Shown here one piece after another: positions 18,174-29,036 of a stretch of 38,436 bases of DNA. Numbering within the stretch: the first letter of the stretch is position 1; every line of letters begins with the position of its first letter. Source of the DNA: a virus (taxonomy: Duplodnaviria > Caudoviricetes); IMG/VR virus record IMGVR_UViG_3300017914_002859, positions 1-38,436 of that record; one strand, written 5' to 3'. The notes under the pieces are model-generated. The model was given only the letters and a program-made list of their open reading frames with translations, made no database searches and had not been told where the DNA came from. The translations under genes were made by a program, and so were the position numbers.

Positions 18174-21100
18174 TATGTTACCAAAGCAATTGTTCTTAAA
18201 TCTTTAATCTTAGGTGATTTCGAAGTGTTACTAGTAGTCATCACAATTTTTACTTGGAATTGTGTGAATGATCCTAAGTTACCAACTTGTCCACCGGCAA
18301 GATATTCATACTGTCTAAATGTTACGCCATCCTCATCTGCAGGATTATTCGTATCTTCTAGAACTTGAGTATATCCTATATCATCTAAGTTTTCATCTGA
18401 AGTAGCTGTTTTAAAGTATACTTCAAAATTAGATACTGAAGGACGATTAGCTGCAAAGATAATCTTCAAGCCGACAGCCGGTTCTTCAAGTGTAACCGGT
18501 CGTGTAATATGCTTAGCAGCAGAAGTACCACCAGTTGCGCTTGTTTCAAGCACGATCGATAAAGGTACGTTTTGTAACGTTGTACTCGAAGAGTCTTGAT
18601 TATCTATTACGTTTTCAAATGTTGAAAGTGAAGATCTCTGCATATCAATGAGAGGTGAAACTTTAGTGTCTGTTGTTGAAAGATTCATTCTCAGATCAAG
18701 CGATTTGTTTCCACTCAATGATGATACTAATTCGTTTGCTCTTGTAGCGATAACTTTAGGAGCATCATTGAAGTTCATTTCATTTAATGTGATGTTTGCA
18801 TAACTAGCATCTTTCGAATAAGCACCACTCACTGCAGTATTTCTTCCTCCAGCATATGATGAACCAGAAGTTCTCTTAATCGATGCTGATAATGTGGTAT
18901 CATCAGGCAAGAGAGTTTGAACTTGTGGAATGAAAGCATCAAACATCGCATTCTGAGAAGCAATTACATCACTACCACCCGCTCTGAGTGTAGCAGTAGC
19001 TGTTGAATCTGCTGTGAATGTGTATCCTGACCAGTCAACATTTGCAATCTGACGAGATCCCATGATTGAAGATCCTAAGATTCCACCATAACGAGTAGCA
19101 GAGTCTAAGCCAGCGATTGTGACATAGTCATTTTTAATTAAACCATGCCCTTGATGATATATTCTAACTGTTGAACTACCAGAGTCTGTGGAAACAGGAT
19201 CTGTTGACAGCAACTGTAAATCTGTTTCGCTGTTTTCAAAATCTGCAATTCCAGATGATGCAAATTCAGCTCTATAAAGCTTGAACATCAAATCTCTTGA
19301 TTGATCGGGTGTCCAAGTAATACTATTCTGTGATAAGAATAGAGAACCCGCTGCTGCCTGCTTTGAAACTCTTTGTTCTGTAGATCCAATAACAAAGTCA
19401 TATGTCTTTGCAGTGTAAACATTGTATGCTGTTGAGTTGGCAAGTAAGACTACTGCATAACTTCTACCTGGAGTAAGATAAACAGGTTCTTCAAATTCGA
19501 ATGTTGTAGGTGTAGCAGCTACAGTCGCCATAACATTTAAGCTAGCTGGAATGTTAACATCTGCAGGATTTTTAAAGACAACAGCGTTAGCAATTGGTCG
19601 GCTGTCTGGTACTCCAGCGTCGAGTGGTCTAATCTGAAGTTGGACAGGAGGACCGCCAGCTGCTTCTTTTGAGTTGAAGAATATATCAACTTTTGTTAAG
19701 AATATTCCGTTCGGATGTTCAGCCTGATTAATAAGGAATGACTGAGCCAGAGGATCACTATTCATCTCACCAGCCCCCCAAACAATCCCTGGGCCCCAAT
19801 CATCCGTCGGCGGAGGAGGAATACGAGTAGAACTGATCTGTCTTTGACGAGTAACTTGTACACCGGTTGAGTTAAATACAGCAACTGCTGCTGAAACAGC
19901 ATTACCTGCGCTTGAACTGTTAATATCAGCAAGAGTAATTTGCTGTTGACCAGTTCTGAATCTCAACGCATTATTTGAAGGAACAAGGAATGAACCAATG
20001 ATTTCACCGTTGCCATCTGAAATCAAATCTGTTGAACCAGATGGATGCGTTGTTCTATTAGCGTATACACTACCGCCAACGTTACCATCTCTTGTAGCAA
20101 ATCTCTGAAAAGTCGTTTCTTCTCTCGCATAAGTAGAAATATTATCAGCGCCCATGAAAATGAAGTGCTTCGTATTTGGCCGCAATCCATTCGCTTTAAA
20201 GAATACGATACGAGATCTCATGAAAGGAATAAGTCTAATATCAACTACTCGATCACCAATCAATTCACGTCTAAACCGTGAACCTCCACTTGTAACTGTA
20301 CCCAGATTTCTACGTCCTGTCCAGTTATTGACTAGATCTGATCTTGACCAAGGCCATGTTGTAGCAACTCTCGTTGATGGATTAATACGATTTGACTGCT
20401 GATTACCGGTAATAATATTATCTGGTGCGGTTCTTGTTTCGATCCATTCGTCTGATGCAGGAGAAAGCTGTAAGTTACCGATATTATTAACAACTGCAAA
20501 AGGATTGATGTTTTCAGTTCCTGTTGCAACTATTTGACTTAAAAGCACAGGATTGCTATCAATCGATAGCATCGCTAAATCACCTTTACGTATTGCTGTA
20601 CTATTATCAGAATCGAAGATTATTCGAGTGTTATGAGGAAACGCAATTGGTTCAAGTGTATTTTCAATTTCATCGATAACTGCTCTATATTCTTCTCTGT
20701 TTGTTGCTGAGAATGCATAATCTTTAAAGTTATCAACTAAGAATCCAGCCTTTGTTCTTTCAAGACCAGCAGAATCAACTACCGTCAGTGAAGAAGTATT
20801 TACTTCAAGTAAGCTGAGAGTCGTTAACTCTTGCAAGTCATTTACTCTATTTTCAAGATCTGAAATGTCTTGCATCGTAAATCTTTTAGCAGGAATCTGT
20901 GTTGTTGTTAAATCAGAATCATGTAGAGTAAAAGCGTTTAATTGCAGATCATATAGAGGCAACGCTCCTTCTGGAATATCGGGTAAAAGAGGATTTAGAT
21001 CTGAAACACCAGAGACAACTTTTACTGCGCCTGTTCTTGTTCTAGAACCTGAATTTTGTTGAGAGTAAGCAATCAGTCTATCACTTCTTGGCATGTAGTA

Positions 21101-23323
21101 ATCTACATCAGCACTAAATGTTGAAGTGTTAACTGGAATTGCGTTAATGATTGGATCGTTTCCTAGTAAAGCACCATCGGAATCAAAGTTTATATTCGCA
21201 ACTCCAGACTCAGAAACTTTAACAGCTTTTGGTCTAAAGTCGATAACATCTCTAAGTGAAACTGTAGTTCCATCATTAAGCGTATGATTGGGTATTTTTT
21301 CATATTCGACTGTAGCGGTCGGATATGATGTAACATCAAAGAAATCGCCTGTCGTGTTATGTTCAAAATATTTAAACCGAGAAAAGATGTTTGTTCCAGT
21401 CGGTATAGTAACGTCTGATCTTTTTATAATACGGCCTATACCATAGAAGTTATCTCTTTGTCCGTTATCGGTGGTAAAGTTACCAGAAATATCTGATCCA
21501 TCTGAGTCATCAATTTTAATTGAAGTAAATTCAAAGATGTCAGCTTCATTCAGTGATATGAACTGCGTACCATTACCATCTGATTCTGCATCAGTTGGCC
21601 AAGTTTTTGTGATAGTTGTGTTTGTAAGCGTTTTAGCTCGAGCAGTCGGAGAAGATTTCGTTACAAGAGCAAGAACTTCATAGTTAGCTGAAGCTTGTCC
21701 TCCTGAAACATCAAATGATGTGCCGGCTGATGCATCAAAAGTAATACTCGTATCTACTGAGCTATCTGTTTTTGCTGCGATCCAAGATCCAGTAGTTGTG
21801 AATGCAGTATAACCCGAAGGTATAGCGATAGCACTTGCAGCTCCTGCACCATCTGTTGTAAAAGTGACTCTCTTTTGTACAGTGATTGCGTCAACCGAAA
21901 CACCAGTCTGTGTTGGTTTCTCATTAGGTAGTGCAAACAGGAGATTGTTGTTTGATGTGTTTTTAAGTACTGCAGCTCCACCTTCAAGAGTAACATCAAA
22001 ATAATCTGATGTGCCTGTTCCAATTGACCGAACGAGTGAGAAAGATTTACCTTCATTCATTCTAATATCGAAGAGATAGAACTTGTAACTACTTGCACCA
22101 TCTTCTTCTACATGACGAACACGAGCAGTACCAATCGTATTACCGGTATGACCAGTAGCATCTCTTAGATTTAGTTTTGCAAAAGTCTCAATGTTTGGAA
22201 GACCCTTGTTATCATCAATTTCGCCCTTCACAAAGTTACCAAAGCTAGCAATTACAATCTCGTTGTTGATAGTAGTAGTATCTTGAGCTTTCGGTACTGT
22301 AATCTCTTGTGGTCCTACATCAATACGATAACCATCGACATATGCAATACCATCTGTTACTTTTAACAAAAGATTTGCGGAATCTTGATTTTCAAAACGA
22401 GCATTAAATGGTTTTACGATATAGTTACCCGATTCTTCTTTTGTTCTAAGTGCAAGTACATCATTGATACGATTGAAAGAATTGTCTACTCTCACTTCAT
22501 CTGATAACTGACCACTTGTTATCTTACCGAGGAATATAAAGTTTTCATTCGCTCCAATTTGATCACGAGTTGTAAGAGTAAGCTGAATACGATATCTGTC
22601 TGCACCAGGAGCAGCAACGTTTGGTACCGCACCTTGATTATCGAATAATGCAGTATCATCTGAAGTAGTAACAACTTGTTCTGAAATTTTAAATCCGATA
22701 TCTGCTGTAGGAGTATTTGAGTATTTGTCAATGTATATTGATTGCTTTTCTACAAAGACGAAGTGTCCTTGTGCAAAGAAAGTTCCTTGTGCGACTGAGG
22801 CTTCTGTACCTCTACCTGAAACTGCAGAAGAAGCTGTAATCATGCTAATAGTGCTTGTATCATCATCTAATAGAGTTTGAGATGCGCCGACACGAACTGG
22901 AACAGACCCAGATGTTCCAGCTGAAGTTGAAAGATATTCTACAAAAAGTGTGTCGGGATCAGTACCATCGGTTGGAAAAACTTTTAAAACTTTAATTTGT
23001 ACAGCAGCATCTGGAGATTGAACTGTAAACGCTTTACCTACGACAGTTGTGGCATAGCTGGCTGGCAATTGGCCAGAAGCAAGTTTAATAAATTCTAACC
23101 TATTATTGACAGTTATTCCGCCTGGTTCAACAACACCACCATCCACAAAGATATTTGAACCAAGCCTTTCAATTTCTCTTTGAATGATTGTTTGCATCTG
23201 TGTGAGCTCACGAGCTTGTAGAGCTCGACCAGAATTAAACAGAATTCTGTGATAGTTATCACTATCTAAGAAATCATCTTTATATGTGGTCGAAAATGTG
23301 GTATTGGTTATATTAGTTGCCAT
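18173..23323 (-). CDS. Large virion structural protein, DUF4815/VrlC-like
   Basis: YKDDF...YHRILFNSGRALQARELTQMQ N-terminus, APGADRY, RT.EESGNY, GFLVDNF, DPLAQSF, GSLFLSQN, PKIKDLRTIAL. Confidence 0.85.
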   Translation of the reverse strand: MATNITNTTFSTTYKDDFLDSDNYHRILFNSGRALQARELTQMQTIIQREIERLGSNIFVDGGVVEPGGITVNNRLEFIKLASGQLPASYATTVVGKAFTVQSPDAAVQIKVLKVFPTDGTDPDTLFVEYLSTSAGTSGSVPVRVGASQTLLDDDTSTISMITASSAVSGRGTEASVAQGTFFAQGHFVFVEKQSIYIDKYSNTPTADIGFKISEQVVTTSDDTALFDNQGAVPNVAAPGADRYRIQLTLTTRDQIGANENFIFLGKITSGQLSDEVRVDNSFNRINDVLALRTKEESGNYIVKPFNARFENQDSANLLLKVTDGIAYVDGYRIDVGPQEITVPKAQDTTTINNEIVIASFGNFVKGEIDDNKGLPNIETFAKLNLRDATGHTGNTIGTARVRHVEEDGASSYKFYLFDIRMNEGKSFSLVRSIGTGTSDYFDVTLEGGAAVLKNTSNNNLLFALPNEKPTQTGVSVDAITVQKRVTFTTDGAGAASAIAIPSGYTAFTTTGSWIAAKTDSSVDTSITFDASAGTSFDVSGGQASANYEVLALVTKSSPTARAKTLTNTTITKTWPTDAESDGNGTQFISLNEADIFEFTSIKIDDSDGSDISGNFTTDNGQRDNFYGIGRIIKRSDVTIPTGTNIFSRFKYFEHNTTGDFFDVTSYPTATVEYEKIPNHTLNDGTTVSLRDVIDFRPKAVKVSESGVANINFDSDGALLGNDPIINAIPVNTSTFSADVDYYMPRSDRLIAYSQQNSGSRTRTGAVKVVSGVSDLNPLLPDIPEGALPLYDLQLNAFTLHDSDLTTTQIPAKRFTMQDISDLENRVNDLQELTTLSLLEVNTSSLTVVDSAGLERTKAGFLVDNFKDYAFSATNREEYRAVIDEIENTLEPIAFPHNTRIIFDSDNSTAIRKGDLAMLSIDSNPVLLSQIVATGTENINPFAVVNNIGNLQLSPASDEWIETRTAPDNIITGNQQSNRINPSTRVATTWPWSRSDLVNNWTGRRNLGTVTSGGSRFRRELIGDRVVDIRLIPFMRSRIVFFKANGLRPNTKHFIFMGADNISTYAREETTFQRFATRDGNVGGSVYANRTTHPSGSTDLISDGNGEIIGSFLVPSNNALRFRTGQQQITLADINSSSAGNAVSAAVAVFNSTGVQVTRQRQISSTRIPPPPTDDWGPGIVWGAGEMNSDPLAQSFLINQAEHPNGIFLTKVDIFFNSKEAAGGPPVQLQIRPLDAGVPDSRPIANAVVFKNPADVNIPASLNVMATVAATPTTFEFEEPVYLTPGRSYAVVLLANSTAYNVYTAKTYDFVIGSTEQRVSKQAAAGSLFLSQNSITWTPDQSRDLMFKLYRAEFASSGIADFENSETDLQLLSTDPVSTDSGSSTVRIYHQGHGLIKNDYVTIAGLDSATRYGGILGSSIMGSRQIANVDWSGYTFTADSTATATLRAGGSDVIASQNAMFDAFIPQVQTLLPDDTTLSASIKRTSGSSYAGGRNTAVSGAYSKDASYANITLNEMNFNDAPKVIATRANELVSSLSGNKSLDLRMNLSTTDTKVSPLIDMQRSSLSTFENVIDNQDSSSTTLQNVPLSIVLETSATGGTSAAKHITRPVTLEEPAVGLKIIFAANRPSVSNFEVYFKTATSDENLDDIGYTQVLEDTNNPADEDGVTFRQYEYLAGGQVGNLGSFTQFQVKIVMTTSNTSKSPKIKDLRTIALVT

Positions 23324-23326
23324 TCT

Positions 23327-24688
23327 TTACACCGTTATAATAACTTTAATGTCTTCTGTTTGTGCGGCTGATCTTGTAATTTTAGCTCTATTTTCAATAT
23401 AGAGCAGGTCTCCACTAAACATATCTACTGAAGTGTATTTATTACCGCTGTCAATAGTAGCTGAACCAACACCATCTCCTGTGATAGCTTCGCCGTCTGT
23501 AAACTCACCTGCAATATTATTTGAATTCTGATGATAATATACAATATTTCCAGAAGCACTATCTAACTCATCAACAAATGCTGTAACACCAGATGTTCCG
23601 CCGGTAATTTCTTCATCAACTACTAATCCAGATGCAGAGATAGTTCCAGTCAATGTCATAAATCTTCCAACTTTTCCTGAAGTGCCGGTAAAGATTGGTC
23701 CATCACCACCAGCGCTATCTGTAAGAGTAGGGTTTCTCAACAAAACTATTTGTCTAAAGTCGTTAGTAACAATAAAGTCTCCACCCTCAGCCCCATCAGG
23801 CTTAATGTTGAACATCACTGACGTAGACTTAAGATCTTCAATTACGCTTTTACCGACTCCATCTCTTGGTCCGATAATTGGTCTTAAGACTGCAGCACCG
23901 CTTGAAACTGTTGCACCAGCAAAGTTGTATCCACTACCAAAGTTTGACATCTCAACTTTTACAATTGTACCACCCGAGATAGTTGCTGTCGCTGTAGCAC
24001 CGGTTCCATCTCCATTGATTGTAATAGTAGGAGCAGAAGAATATCCTGAACCACCAGAAATAATTTCTAGTCCTACGATTTGTCCTGGGGTAGCAGTATT
24101 CTGAATATTTAATTGTTGTAATTCAAATGCGTTTGCTGAAGCAGAATCGACTGTAATATCTTGAACAGGAATAAATCCTGATGATAAGAATGTGCTTGCT
24201 CTAGATGCAGAAAGACCATACATTAACTTCCAGATGTATCCGTCGGCAGTAGTAAATGCTGCTGTTTGATCAACACCTTCATCAGTATAACTTGGTTTGA
24301 CAGTTGAAGTGTTTGCAGCACCTGTAGCGTCTTGCCCTTGCTTTACACAAACGTAGACTTCGTTATCTTCTGTCAAAACGTAATATGGATTTGTTGGAAG
24401 ACCTACGACATTATCTGACCACGCCGAATAAATCGAACCTGATGTCCAGTTATAACGAGGGATAACAAATGAAACACCAGTAACCTTCTTAATTGACTGA
24501 AGATTATTCCGAGCTTCTCTTTCTTCTTCGATTGTGCGAAGAGGAGTTGCAGTAGTGTCTGAACTATCATATGTGTCAGCTTTACCGATTCCTAAATAGT
24601 ATTCATTACTATCAGCACCGTTATCTGCTTCTTGAAAGAGGAGATCGATTAATTTCTTTTTTAGTGGATCTGTTGCTATCGCTACCAT
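23327..24688 (-). CDS. gp8: Baseplate wedge protein, T4 gp8-like
   Basis: VIPRYNWTSG, YYVLT...VYVC, DGYIWKLMY, NDFRQI, GDLLYIENR...QTEDIK. Confidence 0.85.
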   Translation of the reverse strand: MVAIATDPLKKKLIDLLFQEADNGADSNEYYLGIGKADTYDSSDTTATPLRTIEEEREARNNLQSIKKVTGVSFVIPRYNWTSGSIYSAWSDNVVGLPTNPYYVLTEDNEVYVCVKQGQDATGAANTSTVKPSYTDEGVDQTAAFTTADGYIWKLMYGLSASRASTFLSSGFIPVQDITVDSASANAFELQQLNIQNTATPGQIVGLEIISGGSGYSSAPTITINGDGTGATATATISGGTIVKVEMSNFGSGYNFAGATVSSGAAVLRPIIGPRDGVGKSVIEDLKSTSVMFNIKPDGAEGGDFIVTNDFRQIVLLRNPTLTDSAGGDGPIFTGTSGKVGRFMTLTGTISASGLVVDEEITGGTSGVTAFVDELDSASGNIVYYHQNSNNIAGEFTDGEAITGDGVGSATIDSGNKYTSVDMFSGDLLYIENRAKITRSAAQTEDIKVIITV

Positions 24689-24698
24689 TTTTTATCTC

Positions 24699-25520
24699 TT
24701 ATACGATTGTTGTTACACTCTGATTTCCAACAAGGAACCAGTTTGCACCATCCCAAATACATTGTGCTCCTTCATTTTGAGCAATTGCAAAACTTGTGCC
24801 TCCAGCGAAATTAGTCGGTGTGACTGTCGCGGTTCCGACACCTTTGTTTGTAAAAATCTTAGATTCACCGGTTGTTGTACCATCAGCTAAAGTTACTGCT
24901 AAAGCCGATCCTTTATTACATATGATATATGACGCAGCGGTTGATGCAGTACCATCTGCTGTAATTTCTGCTGAACTAAAAGCTAATTTCGAAACATCGA
25001 CTGAACCAGTACCTTTAGCATTCACTTCTAAATTGATATTTGAGTTTGTTCCTGTTGCACTGAGTTTTGGAGGATTGCCAGTTGTAGCGTTCTCAATCGA
25101 AAGCTCATTTACTGCACCAGAGATTGCTGTAAATTGCAGTATCTCGTTACTATTAGTATCAAAAAAGTCACCATTAATCTTAGGGTTAGTAAGAGTTGGA
25201 ATATTTAAAGTTTTATTCGAAAGTGTTTGTGTAGCAGAATCAACTATAAGAACACCACCGGCATCAGGAATTTGAACATGGCGATCTACAGTAGGATTAA
25301 TGACAGTCAATCTTGTTTCAAACGCATCAGATAGAGAACCTTCAAACACAATAGCACTATCTTCAAGTGTTATCTGCGCAGATAGTACGTCACTATCACC
25401 ACCACCTAGAAACTGGTAGAGTTCTACAAAGTTTGCATTAATTTTGTCTGCTGCAGCTCGGAGAGTATCACCCGTTCCGTCATTAGCAGTAGTACCTGTT
25501 GCGATGTTTTGTCTAGTCAT
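24699..25520 (-). CDS. Baseplate tail-fibre connector, T4 gp9/gp10-like N-terminus
   Basis: RQNIATGTTANDGTGDTLRAAADKINANFVELY matches the gp9/10 N-terminal motif. Confidence 0.8.
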   Translation of the reverse strand: MTRQNIATGTTANDGTGDTLRAAADKINANFVELYQFLGGGDSDVLSAQITLEDSAIVFEGSLSDAFETRLTVINPTVDRHVQIPDAGGVLIVDSATQTLSNKTLNIPTLTNPKINGDFFDTNSNEILQFTAISGAVNELSIENATTGNPPKLSATGTNSNINLEVNAKGTGSVDVSKLAFSSAEITADGTASTAASYIICNKGSALAVTLADGTTTGESKIFTNKGVGTATVTPTNFAGGTSFAIAQNEGAQCIWDGANWFLVGNQSVTTIV

Positions 25521-25544
25521 ATTTCGCTCTTAATTATTTTACTT

Positions 25545-25552
25545 TATTTATA
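25545..25552 (-). promoter_or_regulatory. T4-type late promoter TATAAATA
   Basis: Exact motif overlapping the upstream stop codon, 24 nt before ATG 25520. Confidence 0.75.
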
Positions 25553-26504
25553 TCGATGAGTCAAGGATATTCGCTAAATAACGAGTAAACATTTCACCAT
25601 CCATTGTTTCATAATCCATTGACATATCTGGGCCTTGAGTTGCATTACTATCATCGAATGTAAATGAATTCGGTGTAAGTAGAGTTGCAATATTCGGATA
25701 GAACTCATCAAGAGATCCAACTGAATCTGCAGCAAATGTATCAACCACAATTTCCGGTGTAGCTCGAAGTTGAGTTCCATCTGACTCAATAAGAATTGTA
25801 AATTCTGAAATTCCAGTACCCAAGCTAAGAGTTGCTTCACTGATTGCAGGAGTGCTAAGATCTGCGCTATCAAGAGGATCTTCACTTGATGTAGTAATTC
25901 CTAAAGATGCCTGCCCGACAACTTGAACTTGACCTGCAAAGTGAAATCCTGCAGGATGAACAAACCTTTTATACAACTCTTCATAATCAGATGTAGATAA
26001 ACCGATTTTCAAAAGAATAGAAAAGATCTGATAAAGACCATTATCTTGAATAAATTTTTGAGATTCATATCCAATTAGAGAATCGTCGATGATAAAGATC
26101 TGATCTTTTGGGTATTCTACAGTAACTTCTTCGTTAAAAAATCCACGAAAGAAGCCTTCAGCTGAAACTCGTGTACCTTTTGCACGATAAAAATCTGCAA
26201 GAAGTTTTGCCATGAGACGAGGTTGTTGAAAGAAGGATGAAGCTTGAAGCCCGTTACCAATTTCTTTAATCAATTCATCTAGATAGTCTATGTCTGTTTG
26301 TGATATATCTCGAGAATGATGTATTTCAGAAATGATGTTTGAAAAGCTCTGATCACCTGAGCTATCCATAAATTTATAATATTCGTCGAGTAATGCTATT
26401 AATTTAGAATTGTCTTCTTCATAGTAACGTGGAAGCACTTCACCTGTTTTCGAAGTGAAGAGCGTAACATTACGACGATTTTTATCTTTTAATTCGTGGC
26501 TCAT
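25548..26504 (-). CDS. Baseplate wedge protein, compact gp7-like
   Basis: LLDEYYKFM, DFYRAKGT...FFRGFF, YQIFSILLK, FVHPAGF; directly follows gp6. Confidence 0.7.
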   Translation of the reverse strand: MSHELKDKNRRNVTLFTSKTGEVLPRYYEEDNSKLIALLDEYYKFMDSSGDQSFSNIISEIHHSRDISQTDIDYLDELIKEIGNGLQASSFFQQPRLMAKLLADFYRAKGTRVSAEGFFRGFFNEEVTVEYPKDQIFIIDDSLIGYESQKFIQDNGLYQIFSILLKIGLSTSDYEELYKRFVHPAGFHFAGQVQVVGQASLGITTSSEDPLDSADLSTPAISEATLSLGTGISEFTILIESDGTQLRATPEIVVDTFAADSVGSLDEFYPNIATLLTPNSFTFDDSNATQGPDMSMDYETMDGEMFTRYLANILDSSI

Positions 26505-28336
26505 GTTGATAATGATGCTTCTGTGTTCTGGAAGTCAAGATTCGCAATTACTGATGTACGATTTAAATCGACATTTAAGATATAATTTCTAAGAGGTCGT
26601 ATTGTCCCTTGATTTGCAGGTGTAGCTGTTACTCGAATGTAACTTCCACTGTAAGCAGTAATATTAACACCAACAAAACTTATTACGCCTGTTGTTTGAT
26701 TATAAGATCCAGCGTTATCAATTATAACAAGACCTGAATTTTCGTCGACTAATTCAATAGTAGTTGATTCAAGTCTATTTCGAGCAAACACTGTTTCTCC
26801 ACTACTAATAGTAAATGCAGAAGTGTTTATAATATAATTAACATCATCTGGTTGCGCAAGAGCTACTGGCATATTAACGTCATAGTTTGTTAAATAACTG
26901 AGAGTTGGTACGAATCTTTGTTGAATCTTTGTTGTAATTGCAGAATCCAGAATTGCTGGTGATAGATCGTCAATTGTAGCAAGAAGAGATGATCTTCTAA
27001 ACACCGCATCAAAGGTTGATAAATTAGTTGTAAAGAACGAAGAGATCTCGCTTTTAATAGTATTTGCAACGGTTTCTGAAGTATCTCCAGTGAGATTTGG
27101 ATCTAGATTAAAATCAGTAGTAAGTTCGATAAAGGTGTCAATTGGATCTACAAACACAGTATCAATCGACATAATCGCAAGATTTTCAGAGAGCTGATTT
27201 ACTATAGAATCTTTCACTGAAGTCTGAACTGCTGAACTGATTCCCGTTTTAAAATTAATTGAAACATAAACTCTACCGTAGATTGCAGGAATATTGTCGT
27301 TACCACCCCAAGATGTAACGTCTTGAACAGTAGTAGAATATCTTTGTAGAATCAGAGCTTTGTAATCTTCAGCCGTTACAAGTCTTTGCTGAGTAGCAAA
27401 AGCAATAGGAGCATTCGCTTTGATCGAAGCAATCGATTCTTTTTCTGCTCCACCCGCTGAGTTTGAAACTGTTGTGACTGTTAAAGTGTAATCAGTTCCA
27501 GCTATATTGACATCATCATCAGCTATAAATGTCGTAGCATCATTTGCGTCAGCAGCTGCCGAAGTAATATAAGTCACTTCAACCTTATTGCCAGCCTGAG
27601 GAGATGCTCCAAGAACATTGCCTTCACCGAAAGTAATTTCAAAAAATCCATTTGGAGATTCTCTTACAATGAAAATTGTCGAATCTGAGCTGATTCTAAC
27701 TATATCTTCAATATTAGAATATTGTGTAAATGAAGATGAAGTTACAGTGTCGTATACTTTTACGTCAAGAGTTGTTGTATCGAGATTCACATCTGGAATA
27801 ATAAAAACCTGTTCATCGTTTGTATCACCTATAATGAAAGTTTTGGTTTTGAGTGTACCTTCTGTGATACTAATATTTGAAAGACCATCTGTTGTTTTAA
27901 ATGTAAAATTCCCACTACCGTCATTTGTTGCTGTATACTGTTCAAGTGTTCTGAAAGTGTAAGATTCTCCATTTACAGTCGAAGTAAATGTAGTATATTG
28001 TGGAAGAGTCGCGCTTGGTGTTGCACCACTACCAGTTGATGCAGATAAAGTAACGGTAGCTTTTGATGCAGTTTTTGAGTGAGGACGATACCCAAGCGTT
28101 TCAGCATGAGATACAGCAGAAGATCTTAGTTGTGCTGAATTCAAAAATGATTCATTAATTCCTAAGTTGGCAACCAAACCATTAATATGTGTATTATATG
28201 CCAGAACATCGAGAATATTTGACAATCCACTCGCATCAAAATCATAGTCTTGAAACTCTGAACTTCTTTGTAAGTATGTTTTTAGATTATTTTTAAGAGT
28301 AGTAAAATCTAAATCAGATGATTGAATAGTTGCCAT
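26501..28336 (-). CDS. gp6: Baseplate wedge subunit, T4 gp6-like
   Basis: LDFTTLKNNLKTYL, DYDF..SGLSNILDVLAYNTH, ESFLNSAQLRSS, LGYRP, QQRLVTAEDY, YGRVYVS. Confidence 0.92.
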   Translation of the reverse strand: MATIQSSDLDFTTLKNNLKTYLQRSSEFQDYDFDASGLSNILDVLAYNTHINGLVANLGINESFLNSAQLRSSAVSHAETLGYRPHSKTASKATVTLSASTGSGATPSATLPQYTTFTSTVNGESYTFRTLEQYTATNDGSGNFTFKTTDGLSNISITEGTLKTKTFIIGDTNDEQVFIIPDVNLDTTTLDVKVYDTVTSSSFTQYSNIEDIVRISSDSTIFIVRESPNGFFEITFGEGNVLGASPQAGNKVEVTYITSAAADANDATTFIADDDVNIAGTDYTLTVTTVSNSAGGAEKESIASIKANAPIAFATQQRLVTAEDYKALILQRYSTTVQDVTSWGGNDNIPAIYGRVYVSINFKTGISSAVQTSVKDSIVNQLSENLAIMSIDTVFVDPIDTFIELTTDFNLDPNLTGDTSETVANTIKSEISSFFTTNLSTFDAVFRRSSLLATIDDLSPAILDSAITTKIQQRFVPTLSYLTNYDVNMPVALAQPDDVNYIINTSAFTISSGETVFARNRLESTTIELVDENSGLVIIDNAGSYNQTTGVISFVGVNITAYSGSYIRVTATPANQGTIRPLRNYILNVDLNRTSVIANLDFQNTEASLST

Positions 28337-28776
28337 TATCTCAGCCTCGTGAGTGATACATTTAATTCTACATTTTCAAGTGTAGTTACGACTTGGAATC
28401 TAACTGTAATATCAACATTGTAATTGTCTGGATCGATTCTCGCAGATACACTTCTGACTGCTGCTCTTGGCTCATAGTTTGATATTGCCGAAGAAACTCG
28501 ATCTTGAATCTCAAACTCATCGAACTCATCACTTAATTCAAAAAGAAAACGATTCAGATCACCACCAAAAAGTGGTTGAAATGGTTTCTCTCCGTAGTTA
28601 GTCAATAATAAATTTTTAACAGCTTGTTTTACTGCAGCAGCATCAGATTTTTTAAAAACATCTCCATTTGCTTTTTTCGCAAACGTCAAATCGATGTCAG
28701 AACTCGTGACAACACGCGAAGTCGTGATAGGCTTCGTTGATAAGTTTCCATCTTCTATTGCAAATGCTCGAGCCAT
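28336..28776 (-). CDS. gp25: Baseplate wedge protein, T4 gp25-like
   Basis: DIDLTF, AVKQAVKNLLLTNYGEKPFQP.FG, LFE, NYEPR, LTRLR. Confidence 0.92.
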   Translation of the reverse strand: MARAFAIEDGNLSTKPITTSRVVTSSDIDLTFAKKANGDVFKKSDAAAVKQAVKNLLLTNYGEKPFQPLFGGDLNRFLFELSDEFDEFEIQDRVSSAISNYEPRAAVRSVSARIDPDNYNVDITVRFQVVTTLENVELNVSLTRLR

Positions 28777-28793
28777 TTAAAAATCCTTTGATC

Positions 28794-28801
28794 TATTTAT
28801 A
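28794..28801 (-). promoter_or_regulatory. T4-type late promoter TATAAATA
   Basis: Exact intergenic motif 17 nt upstream of the gp25 ATG. Confidence 0.8.
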
Positions 28802-28802
28802 C

Positions 28803-29036
28803 CTATGATCCGTCAGAATCTTGAACTTCTGAAGGTGTACCTAAGGATGGAGGATTGCCTATCACACCATAGAAACCATTATTAATTTCATTCCATATTT
28901 TTACAGAATGACTTTCTGTATCATTTTGATTTACTGTAAAAGGTACAGAACCTAGACCAACAAAATTAACTGTACAATCAATAGTTGTTTGATCTGAATC
29001 TGACCAATGTACATTTGTTACTGAAGTGTATTCCAT
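28803..29036 (-). CDS. Tail fibre assembly (Tfa)-like small protein
   Basis: NVHW...TTIDCTVNF...VPFT...D resembles the N-terminal domain of tail fibre assembly chaperones; TAATG-coupled to a fibre-like gene. Confidence 0.6.
   Translation of the reverse strand: MEYTSVTNVHWSDSDQTTIDCTVNFVGLGSVPFTVNQNDTESHSVKIWNEINNGFYGVIGNPPSLGTPSEVQDSDGS

Noticed and set aside
18173-23323. Intein or intron in the 1716-aa protein, near the Pro-rich loop before DPLAQSF
   Set aside because: Continuous ORF with no Hint-domain start, HN-[CST] end or endonuclease motifs.
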